Assembly: GCA_033442325.1 (NCBI GenBank) | Contig: JAWQFM010000004.1 | Location: 1,424,999-1,451,918, forward strand | DNA from: Salpingoeca rosetta | Lineage: Eukaryota > Protista > Choanoflagellata | Length of the DNA stretch: 26,920 nucleotides | Reading direction: 5' to 3' | Shown here: positions 25,431 to 26,920 of the stretch, one piece after another | Numbering within the stretch: the stretch's first letter is position 1 | Layout of the letters: every line of letters starts with the position of its first letter | The notes under the pieces: model-generated | What the model saw: the letters and a program-made list of their open reading frames with translations, nothing else | Told to the model about the DNA's origin: nothing | Databases searched by the model: none | Made by a program: the position numbers and the translations under genes

Positions 25431-26920
25431 TCAGACGAGGCCTGGTGTAAGGCACATGGCCTGTGGTGCCTGTGAACCGTCAGGGGCTGCCACGTCGTTG
25501 GTGAATGCAGCGTGAGCGGCGACCCGTGTGAGACCAGATGATGTGGATGCTTTCTTGCTGCCTGTTGCAAGGCAGAAGAGGCGTGCGCTGAATTGAGCCG
25601 TCTTGGGCCGAGGGAGGATCTTCGTGAGAAGATCTGCGATCATATGCTCCGTGGCGAGGTAGCTCAGCACAATCCTCTTTGTGTCGACGCACTCGCGGAT
25701 GTAGTGGTACTTGACGAGGATGTGCCGCATGCGCGAGGCGGCGTGTTCGGCAACGCGCTGCGCCGGCTGGTTGTCCGTGTGCACGAGCGTGGGCTCGCAC
25801 AGGACGGCGCCGGTGAGCTCCTCCTGGAGTTGGCGAAGGAACATGAGTTCCTGTGCGGTGGCTGCGAGAGCCATGTACTCCGCGTCGGCGGAGGCTGTGG
25901 CCACGGTGGCCTGCAGCTTGGAGTTCCAGGACACGGGGCCCGTGGAACAGAAGACGACGAAGCCCGTGCGGGAACGTCGCGTGTCAACGTCGGAGGCGAA
26001 CGACGCATCCGAGTACGCTGAGAGCACGCCGTCGGCAGTGCTGCCGTTGCTGGTGTCGCCAGTGGCGGCGTACTTGATGGTGTAGGACAAGGTGCCCTTG
26101 ATGTAGCGAAGAAGGTGCTTGGCAGCCTTCCAATGGTCCATGCCGAAGTGCTGCATACGGCGAGAGAGGATGGAGACAGCCGCCGAGATGTCTGGGCGCG
26201 TCATCGTCGCAGCATAGAGGAGGGAGCCAAGCAGCTCGCGGAACGGCACATCCGGGAGTGGCTCCTCCTTGTCGGCTGGCTTGTCGACGTAGCCCGTGCA
26301 GAGCGGCGTGCCGACCGGCTTGCAGTCAGCCATGCCGAAGGTCTCCAGCACGCTGCGCAGGTAGTGCTCCTGGCTCATGGTGACGGTCCTGGCCTTGCGG
26401 TCGTGCTGCACCTTGATGCCGAGACAAATGTCTGGGCTGCCCAGGTCCTTCATCTTGAAGCGCTTGGAGATGGCCTTCTTGAACGCGGCCATGTCGCTGT
26501 CGCTGTCGGCGAAGATGAGCAGGTCGTCCACGTAGACGGCAACCCACATCACCTTGCCACCCTTGCAGGTGCGGCGGTAGATGCAGGCGTCCGTGGCTGT
26601 GGCGATGAAGTCCTGCTCGCGCATCCAGGCGTCCAGCGTGTGGTTCCACAGGCGCGGGCTCTGCTTCAGGCCATACAACCCGCGCTTGAGGCGCAGGACC
26701 GTATTCGGCGAGAAGATGCCGTCGACGGCCGGTGGCTGGACGTAGATCTCGTGATCCACGGGCGCGTTGAGGAACGCCGTGTTGACGTCCATCTGCTGGA
26801 TGTCCATGCCACGCGCGACGGCCATGGCGAGCATGGTGCGGATGGCTGCGATGGTAGCCGTCGGGGCAAAGGTGTCCGTGTAGTTGACACCGTGGACCTG
26901 GGAGTAGCCTTTGGCAACCC
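25431..26920 (-). mobile_element. pol: Ty1/copia pol (RT and RNase H), uninterrupted, continues beyond window
   Basis: VAKGYSQVHGVNYTDTFAP, QMDVNTAFLN, LYGLKQSPRLW, YVDD, FKMKDLG, RPDIS, YSDAS, AEY, TDNQ and MIADLLTK. Confidence 0.97.

Noticed and set aside
25290-26085. Short ORFs overlapping the end of copia pol
   Set aside because: Alternative-frame or antisense shadows with no motifs.

Overview
Eukaryotic, intron-rich, microsatellite-dense DNA. The short GT-AG introns packed with (GT)n/(CA)n and the PTB/SH2 signalling gene suggest a choanoflagellate such as Salpingoeca; this is an inference. The left ~19.7 kb holds host genes: a partial unknown gene, a PTB-SH2-EH adaptor, a PH-domain protein, a MAPK15/ERK7-like kinase whose catalytic-core exons are absent, a mitochondrial acyl carrier protein, and an intronless ornithine decarboxylase with a uORF-rich leader and an Arg-to-Trp change at a PLP-binding position. 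The right ~7 kb is a nested LTR-retrotransposon cluster. It contains two copia pol remnants, several LTRs, and a gypsy gag-protease remnant with a -1 frameshift signal. The most notable observation is an intact antisense ORF (24679-25158) between a copia pol and its putative PPT/3' LTR. It encodes a stand-alone Josephin-family (ataxin-3/JOSD-like) cysteine protease with all catalytic residues, i.e. a candidate deubiquitinase carried as retrotransposon cargo. Exon boundaries were assembled by eye and no database searches were run.
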